Source: Novakomyces olei (taxonomy: Eukaryota). From it: a stretch of 64,000 nt of DNA. The translations under genes were made by a program, and so were the position numbers. Location: assembly GCA_016906335.1 (NCBI GenBank), contig JADEYG010000002.1:1116001-1180000 (forward strand), in the 5' to 3' direction. Under the pieces are notes generated by a model. The model ran no database searches. It was not told where the DNA came from and saw only the letters and a list, made by a program, of their open reading frames with translations. Shown here one piece after another: positions 63,938 to 64,000 of this stretch; position 1 is the stretch's first letter, and every line of letters begins with the position of its first letter.

Positions 63938-64000
63938 CTAGGGGGAGGCAAGCAGCTTGTCCAGCTTGCCACTCTGTGCGAGCGACTGTAGATCAGAGTT
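63938..64000 (-). CDS. C-terminal end of a glutaredoxin (5' part outside window)
   Basis: Minus strand reads NSDLQSLAQSGKLDKLLASP*, matching the dithiol glutaredoxin C-terminus (GG)NSDLQ..SGKL..LL. Confidence 0.75.
   Translation of the reverse strand, partial: NSDLQSLAQSGKLDKLLASP

Overview
Gene-dense eukaryotic DNA from a fungus, most likely an early-diverging ascomycete yeast (inference from protein families and intron style). It uses the standard genetic code and has very short GT-AG introns. The window holds about 28 protein-coding genes, nearly all housekeeping: UBA1 (5'-partial), ECM4-type GST, ILV1, VPS25, SYF1, GEA-type Arf-GEF, URH1, SUR2, COA2, DSC3, a degenerate SDR, formamidase, an FLC/TRP-like channel, a GH16 Crh-like enzyme, UBR1, a CMD/AhpD-like protein, CYR1, CSC1/OSCA, an Atg14/Vps38-like protein, MET3, RBD2, a D-2-hydroxyacid dehydrogenase, ACO1, ALT1, a Med9-like protein and the 3' end of a glutaredoxin. 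Features the ORF track does not show: (1) a spliced non-coding host gene with snR57, snR55 and snR61 C/D snoRNAs, one per intron; (2) a second putative non-coding host intron holding an unidentified ~170-nt stem-closed RNA; (3) a tRNA-Gly(CCC) with C instead of the near-invariant U33; (4) a recurring telobox-like promoter motif, often paired at 10-bp spacing; (5) a ~175-aa in-frame tandem-hairpin repeat inserted in the adenylate cyclase catalytic domain; (6) many microsatellites. I found no transposon, rRNA or CRISPR. All calls come from manual reading and recalled family motifs; no searches were run.
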